DNA of 64,000 nt. Origin: Felis catus. Its lineage: Eukaryota. The stretch spans positions 181,166,001 to 181,230,000 of the forward strand of contig NC_058368.1 of NCBI RefSeq assembly GCF_018350175.1. The letters are read 5' to 3'. The notes below the pieces were generated by a model. It worked only from the letters and a program-made list of their open reading frames with translations. It was not told the DNA's origin and ran no database searches. Below are positions 37,960 through 51,170 of this stretch, one piece after another. A program made the translations under genes and the position numbers. Each line of letters starts with the position of its first letter. Position 1 is the first letter of the stretch.

Positions 37960-39924
37960 GTTAAGAGTTATATAAATATTGAGTTATATAAACTGTTAAG
38001 AGTTATATATTATTAAGGGTTATATAATTGTTATGAGTTATATTGTTAAGAGCTATATATTATTGAGTTATGTAAATATCTGATTTTGTTTATTGTTATA
38101 TATTGTTAAGAGTTATATAAATATCTAATTCATATATAAGTGCAGAAAAAGTTGACTGGCATAGCAGTTCATCAGTTGACATAATGCTAAATTTGGTATT
38201 CAGTGGAGATTTAACTAAATTTAATTAATTTTGATTTTGTCATTTTAATTTCATTTGGGAGCCAATATATTTCAGTTTTAGACCACGGATAGCTTCATAA
38301 GCCTTGTAAAGTTCAAGTGTACTAGGTACGATGCTCATGACTCATAGGGAAAATATCCTATGTGAAGTAAAACAAGGCTTACAGATTTTGGAATGGTGTT
38401 ATCCTCAGTCTTTTCATACCAAAAGATATGTTGATTTTCATTTGTTGGTAGAATCCATAAGGTTATTCTACTATGATTGGCTGAATTGAAATACCACCAT
38501 AAACACAGGCCCTTGCACAGTTCCTATTATGATAAATATTTCTAGAAAGGAAAGAGGAAGGCATAAAAGGAGGGAGGGAGAGAGAAAGAAAAAGGAGAAT
38601 TCCACTACAAAGGATTAAGAATTTATTTTTGTAGTTCAAAGGCTGCTCTACAATTCTGCAGGATTATTAATTAGCACTCCTTACTTTAATAGCAAAGAAC
38701 ATTTTACAATGAATGTAATAAAACATTTCACTCTCAATAAACTGCAAATTCTATTGCTCCTCCCTATCCAATGCACAGATATTTCAAACTATAGAAAATA
38801 CCTTAGATAGCGTGTCTGTGTGTGTGTATGTGTGTGTGTGATCATTTGATTCAGCATTTTTATTTTTAGGTATTTAAAGTAAATGGTCTATATCTTGTTT
38901 TCTGACGGAATATGGCAAAAGGCCATTTTTAAGGGCTGAGAGAGATTAATGATATGATGGCAACCTTTGGAGAATAAAACAAAATTGGTCTTGTTTCCAA
39001 ACAATTCAATACAGGAAGGTGTGTATGTGTGTATGTGTGTTCGTGTGTGCACATGTGTATGTGTGTGTGTATGTGTGTGTACAACTCTGTGACATGTAAT
39101 AAATACTGTGTTAGAGAACAGTATCTCCAGGTAATTCCATTTTACTTTATAAACATCATAACCATAGGAAAGGAGGAAAATTAGCCCTGAACATTCAAAG
39201 AGGCTAAAATGCATACTGGAAAAAAAAATTCAAAAGGGAGGTAGACAGTTTACACCAACACACATTCCCTCTCATGAGAGCAGTACCTAGTCAAGGACAT
39301 GATCTGAAATTGAAAAAATTTGTAGGAAAAAAAAATAAGCCACTATAGGACTGCAAAAAAGAATAAGAAAAAAAAACCCTGTCAACACAAAAGATTCCTT
39401 TCTCACTCTCTGAAATTCTAATCCAGTAATCATGTATGCTTTCTAAAGCACCTTTCATCTGACTATCTCTGAGCCCTTTATGGTATTAAACACTCACTGA
39501 ATCCCTGAGGTGGGTAAAATTATTCCAGTCATTTTACAAATGTATCTTTTCTCTCAAACCTCTCATCCTGGGGAGTGATAAGTCTGGGAATAAAAATCAG
39601 GAATCGATGAATGACTAGAGTCCTTATTCCTTTAACCTGTTTCATAATTACTTAGGGGAAAATTCTGTGATTTGCTCTGGGAAACTACCCTGATGAATTG
39701 AATGTAAGTTTTTGATTTGGTGTAAATTATCTTAATATATGTTAATGTATTCTTGCTCCTATCCTTGTCTCCACCTTTCCCCTTATCCCTTTAATTGGAA
39801 GGATTGAAGAATATGTTGGGATATGATAAAACAGAGAAATAGAAGTAATTAAAAGTTCAAAGAGGAAAAGAGTTTAGTGGGTATTTCCACCTCTTTGGGT
39901 CTTAGGAAATACTACAAGAAACTA

Positions 39925-40035
39925 CAATTAGTTAGTCATGTGACCTTGGACTGAGCATATAAACTCTCTAGGCCTCAGTTTGCACACCTGTAAAGAGAAG
40001 ATTAAATTATATAAATCCTAAAGCCCCTAATTTCT
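39925..40035 (+). mobile_element. MIR fragment
   Basis: TGTGACCTTGGAC..CTCTCTAGGCCTCAGTTTGCACACCTGTAAA. Confidence 0.7.
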
Positions 40036-41124
40036 CTACTATTTATTGTGTGGCTCCACATTTATGGCCAATATAGTTTCTGTGTTTTAGCATGTATCAT
40101 TGTGATAAAAAAGAAAAATAAATCCAAGATAATTATTTCAAAATATTTCCAAAAATTAAATGTGGTTGAGAAGTATTTCTAATGTCAAAACCATTCTTTT
40201 TCCTTCTTATACCAATGTTCTTAATGGATCCTGAAGAGCAAATACTACAGTTTGGAGAGTACTGCCAGACAGATGCTAGTCTACCAAAATAAGTGGATCT
40301 CAAGTTTAAGTCCAATTCAGATGACCCTGTGCTTTGGACTGACATCTTATGAATGTATCAAGTGCAGTCAATGTGACTGCCCCTTTGAAGGTGAGATAAG
40401 TGGAGCCTCTGTACCCAGATTACCCAGGAGAGGAGGCCAGCCTGATGATTGAGGGGTCAATTATGGGGAAGGGGATAGAAATACGGCCTTAGAGTGTTAA
40501 GTTGTAAATTACCACACTGGAGTTGACAGAGAGATTAGTTCAGTCTTTGAGTGTGGAAGAAAGCCAAGGGACCATGGAATATCAGATGCTTAGTTGTCAT
40601 TATTTCTGCCTAGAAGACTGACCCCTCCCTTTTTTAACTGGAGTCCCTGCCAACATCTCTCCACAGGACACCTAAATGAAGAGATTATCAAATGTAGGCA
40701 CCCATTCATGATCAATCCTACCCGTTCCTTCCTAATTTAGGCTTACATCTCAAAGAATATTTACCTTCTGTGCAACCTTCTGTCACTTAACTGTTCAGTT
40801 CAGCAGTTAAGAAAGACTTAGTGTTAGTCATCTAGGGGAGCTCTGAGCTAACAGAACACCAGGATCCATTTCTTGAATAAAGATTTCCTTTTAGGTCAGG
40901 GATTGAAACTTCAGCAGTATAAAGTTCACACTGTAAGGCTCCTGGGCAGATCATGATATTTATAGGAGATAATTCCAGAATACAGTGACTCATAATGGAG
41001 GAATTTAAAAAGTCAGGCACTAGCTTCTAATATCAAAAAAAAAAAAAATAGAGGACATTCCATGTCTAGCTCTACAGCAAGTGACACGAATCACTTAGCC
41101 CCCATGTACTCTCCCTCAGGTGGT

Positions 41125-41360
41125 CTGTATTGCATGGTGATGAAGCAAATAAATGCTGGAAGAAGAATAGTGGGGTTCAGATCTCTGCTTTCCCCCTTCC
41201 TAACCTAGATATTTGGATAAGTTATTTAATTTCTCATGGGCTTATATTCTTCATCTGTGGGATGCTAATAACATTTGCTAATGCATGGGATTGTTCTGAA
41301 CGCTGAATGAACAGCTTCATATGTGGTAAATATCAAGTAATTTTTTATAAATAATGTTAT
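41125..41360 (+). mobile_element. Degenerate MIR
   Basis: GGGTTCAGATCTCTGCTT..TTGGATAAGTTATTTAATTTCTC..CTTCATCTGT. Confidence 0.65.
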
Positions 41361-41990
41361 CATTTGCAAATGATTATTATCACACTTGAAGATGCATACT
41401 ACACGATAGGACCAAGCTTGTTCCTCGCCAGTATTATTGCTGCTATTGGTATGTACTACCTGTCAAGACTGCAAGCATGATCATAATTTACACATGGAGG
41501 CTACAAAAGGGAGCCTTGTCCAGCAGCATGTACATCAGACATAATTAAGACTATTGTGCCCAAACTAGGAAGATAAAATGCGGTCCTAAAACGGGGTATT
41601 TAAAGAGGCTTTTTAAAGATTCACAAACTGTGAATGCACTCATAAAAGTAGAATGCCATAAATATTATGTGAAAGCATGAATCAGATTTTAGTGTAAGTG
41701 GTTTTTGTTAATGCCCTTTTATTGTACTTGACGTATAATGCGCCATTGGAAAATCATACATTTTTGAAGATGTAAAAATTAACTATGGTTATTTTCTTTA
41801 TCTGAGTAGAATAGCAATTAAATCTTTCAGAAAATATGTTTATCCAGCAAGACTGTGTTTTTAATGTTGGACTTTCATAGTGCACAAAGTGCTTGAGTGA
41901 TATCATTTTGGAGACGAGGATCTTTGATCTTTCTCCTAAGACTATTTTTAAGTGGCCATTTTCAAAGGCCATCAAAAAGACCAAATTGCA

Positions 41991-42188
41991 GGGCACCTGG
42001 GTGGCTCAGTTGGTTGAGTGTTTGACTTCTGCTCAGGTCATGATCTCACAGTTACTGAGTTCGAGCCCCACATTTGGCTCACTGCTAACAGTGCAGAGCC
42101 GGTTTCGATCCTCTGCCCCCTCTCTTTCTACCCCTCTCCCTCTCTTGCGCACTCTCTCTCTCTCTCAAAAATAAATAAAACATTTTTA
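41991..42188 (+). mobile_element. Can-SINE
   Basis: Canonical head, CT tract and tail; degenerate TSD AAGAC(C/T)AAA(T/C)TGC. Confidence 0.94.
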
Positions 42189-43448
42189 AGAAGACTAAAC
42201 TGCTTGAATGAAGTTATAGAGAAAGAAAACACATGTGAAAACATATGTTTAAGCACTTACTTGCCAAAGATCATGGTTTGCAGTGTCACCTATGTCATCT
42301 CATGTAAGCTTTAGGACACCCTAAGAATTAGGCACTACCTTCATTTAATTAGGACATTTGCTATACTCAGAGACAGTTAATAACCAGACCGGCAACCCTC
42401 AGTTCAAACCCAGGTTTCTCAGGATCCAAACCCCATGCTTTTCACATAACATGACAACAGTCACAACAAGCTCAATCATTAGACTCCACCAGCATCAATT
42501 AGAAAATATTTCCAATAACTTGAAAAGGGGCACTGAACAATGACTATATCATTGCTGGTGATAGCAGACTATGTATTTAGACATCACTATATTGAAAAAC
42601 AAACCTTTATGAAATATGCTTTCACAATGCCTTAAGTCATTTGAATAAATGTTAGTTTCATCACATGCACATTCCTTCATAGCACATTTTGCTGCCTGAA
42701 TTGTATTTTATGCTGTATATTGATTATTTTTAAAAATTTTGTGTCCCACTCTCTAATATCCACTTCAGGAGGTGAGATCAAAACAATGCTTCATTATTAT
42801 TTCATTATCTCTGATTCCCCAGTAGTCATTCAGTCTATATTTGTTTAAAGAGAGAATGAATGATGGATAAAAGAGTAAGTAAATAATGAATATAGAAATA
42901 TATAAAAATATACATGGGTAGACATGTCTATGTGTTCCAAAATCCAAAGTCTCATTATACAAAGAGATATAATAGAATAAAACCATATCTTATGAGTGGC
43001 AGGGAAGATGATATAAAACCTTCCTTTTACACAACTGAAACTACATATATTCCACTGCAACTATCATATTTCCAAGCTGTAACGCGATGTTTTAAATGTG
43101 CCCCTGGTATTATTATTCTAAAGGGTACCATTGATTTTCATGCTATGTAATAGCATACTTTACAATAGACAGCTCAGGAAGATACAGTCTTCTGTGGCTT
43201 TTCTATCATAACATACATAAGTATCACATTCCGTGCTGACATTCTCTCCTGGGCTCCATGTCAAGATCACTAAACCATGAAACATCTATGTATCTATTCA
43301 CACTAAAGGGCCAAATATACACAACCATGTGGTAAATGAAGAGCTGAATTAAGCTCTTTGAAATCCACCCCTCCTCCTAGTACAGAATTACTCCTTGATT
43401 CTAAATAGTATGAAATGCAGTCAACCATACAATTAAAATCTGGGAAGG

Positions 43449-43896
43449 TGTCCTGGATTGAAGTAAGATCCTCAAAAAGATATGTTGAAGTCCTAATGCC
43501 CAGTACCTCAGAATGTGACTGTACTGGGAAACAGGGTCATGGTAGATGTAATTGGTTTAATTAAGATAAGGTTTTATTGGATTAGAGTGGACTCTTAATG
43601 TAGCATGATTGGTTTTCTCATAAACTGATGTGAAGACACAGGGAGAAGCCCACATGATGACAGAGGCAGAGGTTTTGGTGGCACAGATGCGGGCCAGCAA
43701 ACACCGATAATTGTCAGCAAACCATCTGAAGCTAGGAAGAGCAAGGGAGGCTTCTTCCCAACAGATTTTAGAGGGACCATGGGCTTATTGACACCGTGAT
43801 GTTGGACTTCTAGACTCCAGAATTGTGAAAAACTAAGTTTCTTTTGTTTTAAGCCATCCAGTTATTTTGTTATGTCCACCTTATGAAACTTATACA
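43449..43896 (+). mobile_element. MaLR solo LTR (MLT1C-like)
   Basis: TG...CA ends; AAAAGATATGTTGAAGTCCTAA..CAGTACCTCAGAATGTGAC; GAAGCTAGGAAGAG; TTGGACTTCTAGACTCCAGAATTGTGA; TTGTTTTAAGCCA. Confidence 0.9.
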
Positions 43897-44003
43897 ATTG
43901 GCACTATATCTTGCACAGAAGAGAAAAATCCTTTAGGACAATGTTGGGGAATCTTGTTGATAATATAGCATTAGGTCTATTAAATTATTACTTGTATGGT
44001 ATT

Positions 44004-44666
44004 TGTATGCAAGGCTGGCCAAAACAAAGTTATTCCTTTTCCTGTATCCATACCTCTTTGCTATGTGACTTTGCCATTCCTCTTAACAGGAAGCAGAGTT
44101 TGTTTTCCTACACCTCAAATTTGGGCTGGCCTTGTGGTCTGCTTTAACCAATAGAATATATCACAAATGACACTGGGCAACTTCTGGGTCTAGGCCTCAA
44201 GAGGCATTTCAGCTACTATTTTTACCCTTCTGCAATGTGGTACCACTATTTAAGGAAGCTTGGGCTATCCTGTGGGAGGATGAGACCACTTGGAACAGAG
44301 ACAAACCCTCTTATCTTATGCTCCCTACGCAACAGTTCTTTCTTAACCTTGAGTGTGCACTGGAATCACCTAGAGGACTTATTAAGACAGATTGCTGAAA
44401 TCCACTCCTAATTTTTGATTCAGTACTTCTGGGATGGTGTCTGAGAATGCTCATTTCTAATGACTTCCCAGGTGATGCTAATGGTGATGGTACAAGTGAC
44501 CACACTTTGAAAATCACTGCCCCAGACCAACCATTCCATTTAAGCCCTGAGATAACCCTAGTCATGTGACTGACGCCAGGTAAGTCCAGCAGAAGATCTG
44601 CTCAGTTGACCTACCAGCTCCTGAATTATGGGGTGGTTTAGTACACAGCAAGAAATAACTGGGACA
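44004..44666 (+). mobile_element. MaLR solo LTR (MLT1H-like) interrupted by MER5A
   Basis: TGGGCTGGCCTTGTGGTCTGCTTTAACCAATAGAAT..GGCCTCAAGAGGC; 3' end GGGGTGGTTT..CAGCAAGAAATAACTGGGACA. Confidence 0.8.
44333..44519. mobile_element. MER5A MITE nested in the MLT1 LTR
   Basis: CAG..CTTGAGTGTGCACTGGAATCACCTAGAGG..TTCCCAGGTGATGCT..ACCACACTTTGAAAATCACTG. Confidence 0.88.
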
Positions 44667-44746
44667 CCAAGTTATTCTGGCATTTTGTGTGGCTGACTTC
44701 TCACTCATTACTGGTTTTATAAAGTCTCTTAAAGTTTCACTGCAAA

Positions 44747-44957
44747 GAGATGCCTGGGTTGCTCAGTTGGTCGTGTTCGACTATTGCTTTCCGGTTGGGT
44801 CATGATCTCACAGTTCATGGGCTCTAGCTCTGCAAGGGGCTCTGTGCTGACAGCATGGAGCTTGCTTGGGATTCTCTCACTCCCTCTCTCTCTGTCCCTC
44901 CTCTTCTCACACTCACTCTCTTGCTCTCTGTATCTCAAAAATAAATAAACATTTAAA
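44747..44957 (+). mobile_element. Can-SINE (outer, older)
   Basis: Outer TSD AAA(G/T)TTTCACTGCAAAG at 44731-44747 and 45201-45217. Confidence 0.93.
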
Positions 44958-44971
44958 AAATAAATAAATTT

Positions 44972-45192
44972 GGGGCACCTGGGTGGCTCAGTGGGGTTAG
45001 GTGTCCGACTTTGGCTCAGGTCATGATCTCATGGTTTGTGGATTTGAGCCCCACACTGTGCTATTAGCACAGAGCCCACTTCAGATCTTCTGTCTCCCTC
45101 TCTCTCTGACCTTTTCCCACTTGCTTGAGCTCACTCTCTCTCTCTCTCTGTCTCTCTCTCTCTCTCAAAAAATAAACATTAAAAATTTTTTT
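44972..45192 (+). mobile_element. Can-SINE inserted into the tail of the preceding SINE
   Basis: TSD AAATAAATAAATTT at 44958-44971 and 45193-45206. Confidence 0.93.
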
Positions 45193-47084
45193 AAATAAAT
45201 AAATTTTCACTGCAAAGGCATTTGTAGTTAACAGAAAGAAAACTAGAGAATATAATGGTAGGAAGAAATAAGTTCTTGCTTGGGTGAAAACAAGAGAGAT
45301 GGCTTATATATATAGGAATACGTAAAGATAATGCAAAACATATGCAAAATAATTAATTACTTTTTTTTCCTGTGTGACAATGACCCAGAGACATTTCTAT
45401 CAAACTCTAAGGTACTTAAGAATCTTTAAGAAGCTAACATTTAGATTACAGGGCTTGACCCCTCAATGATTCAGATGGAGACAGAAAGGGAAAGGACCCA
45501 GTAATCTGTATTTTTAAAATAACTACTCTCATTCCTGGTGGTTCTTATTCAAATGGTTTATAGACCTACAGACACCAAAGAAAGACCTGATGGTTAGCTC
45601 CTGGGGGCCAGACAATATTTATAAATCTCTACCAAGTTCACATATAGAAAGGCTCTTGAAAAATGTGTTAAACCACCTGCCTGGTTAAGAACATCCCCTC
45701 TTCAATATGAAGAACATCCTTTGTGACCAATTTCCTCTATTTGTATTTATAATCACTTTCCTTCTTTCTTCTCTATTAGGCTTTTAAAAGATGGTGTAAA
45801 AAGCCTCCTGGTGAGAGAATTTAAGGGCTCCTGATTCACCTTATGCACTGTGGTGGATCCTTCTGTCTTCTGCTAGGTCATCTTGCCCCACCTTAACCCC
45901 CCCCCCCCACCCCTGCAACCACTCTCCCTAAATACAACATGCCCACTTACCAGAGCATTTCCAGAAGGAGTGGGCACACTGAGTACACAAAGCAGCCACT
46001 GAGTAAAGTGGGGTTATTCCAGATCACCAGCTTTTCCTCTTTCCCCCAAGTATAGCAATCATCGAAAGTTAATTCCTATTTATATTTCACAGCATGTGAT
46101 TATATGCTACATGTGCCTATGATCCTAATTCCTCAAATTATTGATTTATATATTAGCCATCCAAAATTAATATAATTTCAAAATATTTTGCTAATGCATC
46201 GGGTTTCAGAGAAAACATATTAATGTGGCTCACAACCTTCAGAGAGATGAAATAGAAGCCATTATATCTTCAGTTTAAACTTCACTTTAAATGCCTTTAG
46301 TAGTTTTCAGTCGTGTTTCACAAGAACATATAAATCAATTTGAATTATGGTCAAATTTCAATGTAGATATATTGATTCCAGAAGCCAATCTTACTATTTA
46401 CATAACTAAACTTTGATGGCCGTGTGTGTGTGTGTGTGTGTGTTGATCAAAATTCCTGCTGCTCTAAAACAGACATTTTTCAATTTAGAGAGTAATTTTT
46501 AAAGTATTAAATTTATCCCAAACCCTTCTTCCCCAAAACACCTCACCCTCTGAAAAAAAAAGTCTTACTTATAAAAGATAGGCTCCCCGTGGCATTTAAT
46601 GAGTTACCCATCATTAACTCCACAGGATACAGTCAATAAATTTAATATGTGTGTACTTAAATGAAAGATCTGACAGCCATGAATTGTAAATGGGAATTTG
46701 GTATAAACAGAAATTTTTATGAGTAAAAAAATAAGAAAAACATCATTGGAACTTACATTAATGATAAATTCTTCCTGGCTACTTACTTCCTTCAGGTTTT
46801 ATTAGAAGAAGGAATTGATGCTTTAAGGGCATTTAGGGACAAGATGGGGACAATGTACCATAATATTAGAGCATAAAATCTCCAGTGAGAGGATTTTGAT
46901 TTAGTATCTATCCTCTTTTCCATCTGATTCATAAGGGGGTGAAAAGCAGTATTGCTCCCCGTTCTGGGCCATTCACCCTTCCATTTAGAAACCTTCTTAA
47001 CAAGAGTGAGAAGAAGGACTAATAGAGAAACCTAACTTTATTTTGTATCTAGGAGGCAATGGGGAGCCAGGAGAGTAACTTTTA

Positions 47085-47300
47085 TGGATTACCTACCATA
47101 AGTCAAGTACCAAGTGAAGCACTTTATTTAAGTAATCCTATTTAATTCTTCAAAGCCTCAGTTTTCATATATTTTTGAAGAGATTCATAATTCTTATAAA
47201 CTGAGGCTTAGAAATTTTAAATCCCTTACCCAAAGTCATACAAGCTAATAAATTATAGAACTAGTATTAGTCTACTTGACTCTTAAAAACGACTCTACTA
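47085..47300 (-). mobile_element. Degenerate MIR
   Basis: AAACTGAGGCTTAGAAA..TTACCCAAAGTCATACAAGCTAATAAAT. Confidence 0.65.
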
Positions 47301-47324
47301 TATCAAAATGTTTAGCTGTTTATT

Positions 47325-47654
47325 CAGGGTGGGCACATGTTTTTTTCTGCAAAGGGCCAGAGAGTAAATAATTTTAGTCTTTGAAGGCTATACGGTCTCT
47401 GTTGCAGCTACTCAACTCTGCTTGTGGGTGAAAGCAGTGATAGTACCTAAATGAATAAGCATGGCTGTGTTCCAGTAAAAGTATTTTTTTTAATGGATAC
47501 TGAAATTTGAATTTTATTTGATTTCCATGTGTCATGAAATATTCTTTCATTTATTTTCAATCATTTCAAAATGTAAAAACCATTTTTAGTTTACAGCCAT
47601 ATAAAACCAACTGGCTGGCTAAATTTGGTCTGGGGGCCTTAGTTTGCAAACCCT
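47325..47654. mobile_element. MER58B-type hAT-Charlie element
   Basis: CAGGG..TTTTCTGCAAAGGGCCAGA..CTACTCAACTCTGC..GGCTGTGTTCCAGTAAAA..TAGTTTGCAAACCCT. Confidence 0.85.
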
Positions 47655-50384
47655 TCCTTTAATTCCCTAAGCATCTGGGGGTCGAGGACTGTATGTTTTG
47701 ATTCTCTGACTCTTGTGAGTACCTCTTTACAGCACCTGAAACAGAGTGGGCTCTTGCCTAACATTTGGTGATTGGATTGAGTATGTGGCTCTCAATGGTC
47801 TCCTTTTTATCTTTTCAATTGTGTATTCCTTGCTTTCTTTTTACTTGAGACTAAATTTACTCCATTGCTGTAATTTAAAATTTTTTCAAAGAAAAATAAA
47901 AGTTGTATCATTTAAAGTTACTGTACCTTAACAAATGCACCTAAAGTGGCACTGTTTTTGCATGCATGAAAGCTCAAAGCCTCAACAACTCCCATGAGCG
48001 ATTAATCTTCTAACACTAATTAGATATTTGCTAATTAGCGTCTGATGTGTGAAATGAAAAAACATTTTGAAGCTGAAATGAATAGGGTCTAGAAAGATAG
48101 GGCTGTATTCCAGTTCCCCCCTTTCCATATTATTATCATATTTCATAAATATTAATAAGATCACATGATATCAGCCGCTCTATAAAATTATCTCTCTGAA
48201 CGAAGGCTTTTGTTTGATATAATAGGGATGTGTCAATATTTTGCATATGGGAGAAAGCACTCAATGAAGGAAAGCATTTTTCTCCTCAATGTTAAAGAGA
48301 TGTCATATTTCATGAATCACTTTTATGCTTCATCAGCCAGTCCTACTTTTTAACCTAGGCTACTTCTTCCTATAAGAGAAAGTGGAAAATTTTTCTCCAA
48401 ATCATCACTTCTCTTCTTCTCTTACACTCTAATCTCATCTTAGTTTAAAAGAAAACTTAATAGAATGGAAAATATCTTAAACCTATGATTCTGTGCAATG
48501 AAATAATAAAAATCAGAATAGAATAGCCAATTTCAATAAGGAATTTGACTAGTAAAAGAGAGACATTTGAATTTCATTAATTGCATGCATGAGGACAGTC
48601 CTAAGAAACCTCCTTATGCCATCTTAGTTAAAAAACAAAACAAAACAAAAAACTATGGAGAATGGGATACAGGTTTCAGTGCTTCCAACTCACACACATA
48701 GGCTGTAATATTCAAGTCATAAATATTAAGTCATGTTGTATTCATAAAATGTAACATTTTGATTTGGAATATTTCTCAAGTGAAAGCCCACATTAAACAT
48801 ATTTGGTTCTGAAATAAAAGACTGAAATAATAAACTATTTCAGTTAGTGTGGGATTTTTTGAAAAACCACTCACCTGTGAATGCTGGTCATATCACAAAT
48901 TATATCTAATTACAGCATTGATACAGTAATTTGAAATGATAGCTAAGCGCAAGTTGACAAAGGTGACATTGAAACATAATGACGATGAGATTATCGTTTT
49001 CTTAGGCTGACATTTTGTGATTACAATAATGCTGATCGAGATGATTAAAACCATAATGAAGGGAAAGCTCCAAGAACCAGAACAAAACATACTCAGACTA
49101 GAAAGAAGCCAACTATCATTTTGAATCCTGCTTCTTCAATATAAGTTTGCTGCCAGCATAAATTTAGGTAGTTGCACTAGTCCCAGAGACCTGAGGGAAC
49201 TTCAGTTGACAGACAACATTTTCTACCTAGTCACAGAAATTTTCAAAGCTGGAATCAGAAGGATAAGGGCATCTATGCCAATTTACCCATTTTCACTGGG
49301 TATCATATTCCAATTAGCTTAGACATTGATTATCAGCTCCCAGATGCAAAACACTAATACACCATCTTCATTGATACCCAGTTATCAGTATCTTCAGCTT
49401 AAAATTCATAGTGATCTCAAGACTGAACTGGTGCAAACACCAAGTGAATGGCAAAAGTCTGGCAGACATTACCCTTTCACTTATGATTAAATGAGAATAA
49501 AACCAGACAGCTTTTAATTACCAACAATGGAGAAATGAGTCAAGGAGAATCATACCCAATCAAGACATCACCAGTCAATCCAATGGGCTGACTGACTGAA
49601 CCTGGGAAATGTACAATGTTCTGTACCTTGCTCAAAGGAGTCTGTTTAAATTGTATCAAGTTCAAAGTATCTGATGATACTTGTAATTCCAGCTGAATTC
49701 TCAACTTTATTTCAAAAATAGGGGATAAATGTGTCTCATTGTTTTAGAATCACCTTCCCAACTATATAAGTATTCTCAAAATTGTTTTTCATTTACCTAT
49801 GGTATTTGGTGTCTCAAAGGATCAAAGATTATGGATATTCACCTGGAAGCAATTTGCAAAAATTCTATGCCACCAGCTAGGTTAGGTAAAATTGTCCCAT
49901 TTTTCTGATGAGGCAACTGAGACATAGAGTGAAAGTCTGGACTGTCAGTACTGCCTCTTAACGGAAAACATTCCAATTTCTTACAGTATCCTACATTCTG
50001 AAACATTTGAAAAGTCTTCCTCCTTCCTTGAAGTGTCAGCTGACTGTTTTACAGCTCAGATATCATGGTTTTGTTATCACCACTTATTTTTCTGCAAGTG
50101 TAACAAAGAGGTATGCTATGCTGTGAATTACATGATGTTCAAATGTATCCCATTCCTTAGTAAAATCTATTTCATTTGTAATCTTCATCCTTATACATTC
50201 CATCCTAATGATATCCACCTGGGTTGTAATAACACATTTCCCAAGGATCATCTATGATTTTAGACTTTGAAATGTGCCTAGGAAGATGGAAGAGGACAAA
50301 GGTCATGGGAGCCAGTAATAGCTTGCACAAGTCCACAGAGTTTCAGAGGTAGAATGTGGTGGCCTTTTTACAAGGTCTTGTTTC

Positions 50385-50385
<1 letters not shown>

Positions 50386-50421
<36 letters not shown>
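50386..50421. repeat. (TTG)n microsatellite
   Basis: Seen directly. Confidence 0.97.
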
Positions 50422-50422
<1 letters not shown>

Positions 50423-50968
50423 TTCAAAAAGAATCATCATCATTCTGAGAAAACCACTCTTCCTGGTGGACGCAGCTCCTGTTTCTCTACTTTTAGTCAA
50501 CCTATCCTTAGATCTTTTAATTTTTTATTTCATATAAAGTCTAACTACTGACACAATAATTTGAAATGATAGTTAAGCACACATGGACAGAGATTACACT
50601 AGAACATGATGATGAAATTATGTAATGCATATACTTTATATAGTATCTCATTTATTCCTGACATTGTTGTCCACATTTTACAGACAAAGAAATCCAGCTC
50701 AAAAGACTTTAAATCACTTCAATCGGTTTCCTCAAAAGCATCTACTTAGCACGTATAGGATATTGGCCATTGTGAAGGCCTGGGCATCTGATATTGAGCC
50801 AAAGAGACCACTTAAAGCCTATGCTTAAACCAACTACATGTGCTGGTCTGAGGTCTTAGGGGCAAGTAACTGATGAATTCCATCTCTTGCCTGGATCCAT
50901 GTTAAAATCACATGTACTCCAAATTTTCAAAATCATAGACATTTGTCCTCTCTGAGTTTTTTCATTAT

Positions 50969-51170
50969 CAGGAGTCATTATACTATAATTCATGGGCCAA
51001 ATCTAGTCTGCTAAGCCATTTTGTATGGTCCACAAGTTAAGAATGCCCCCCCCCTGCATTTTTAAAGTGTTGTTTTAAAAAATAAAAGAATTGTAAAAAG
51101 AGACATTATGGCCCATAAAGCCTTAAAATTTACTTTTTGGCCCTTTATAGTGAAAGTTTGCTGACCACTG
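50969..51170. mobile_element. MER58-family MITE
   Basis: ATGGGCCAAATCTAGTCTGC..TGGCCCATAAAGCCT..TGGCCCTTTA..AAAGTTTGCTGACCACTG. Confidence 0.78.

Noticed and set aside
37959..38125. CRISPR-like repeat-spacer array
   Set aside because: Eukaryotic context, degenerate AT-rich units with no unique constant-length spacers, and no cas genes.
50303..50551. PolyQ/polyL ORFs (also 10063-10269)
   Set aside because: Translations of (TTG/CAA)n microsatellites with no splice or coding context.
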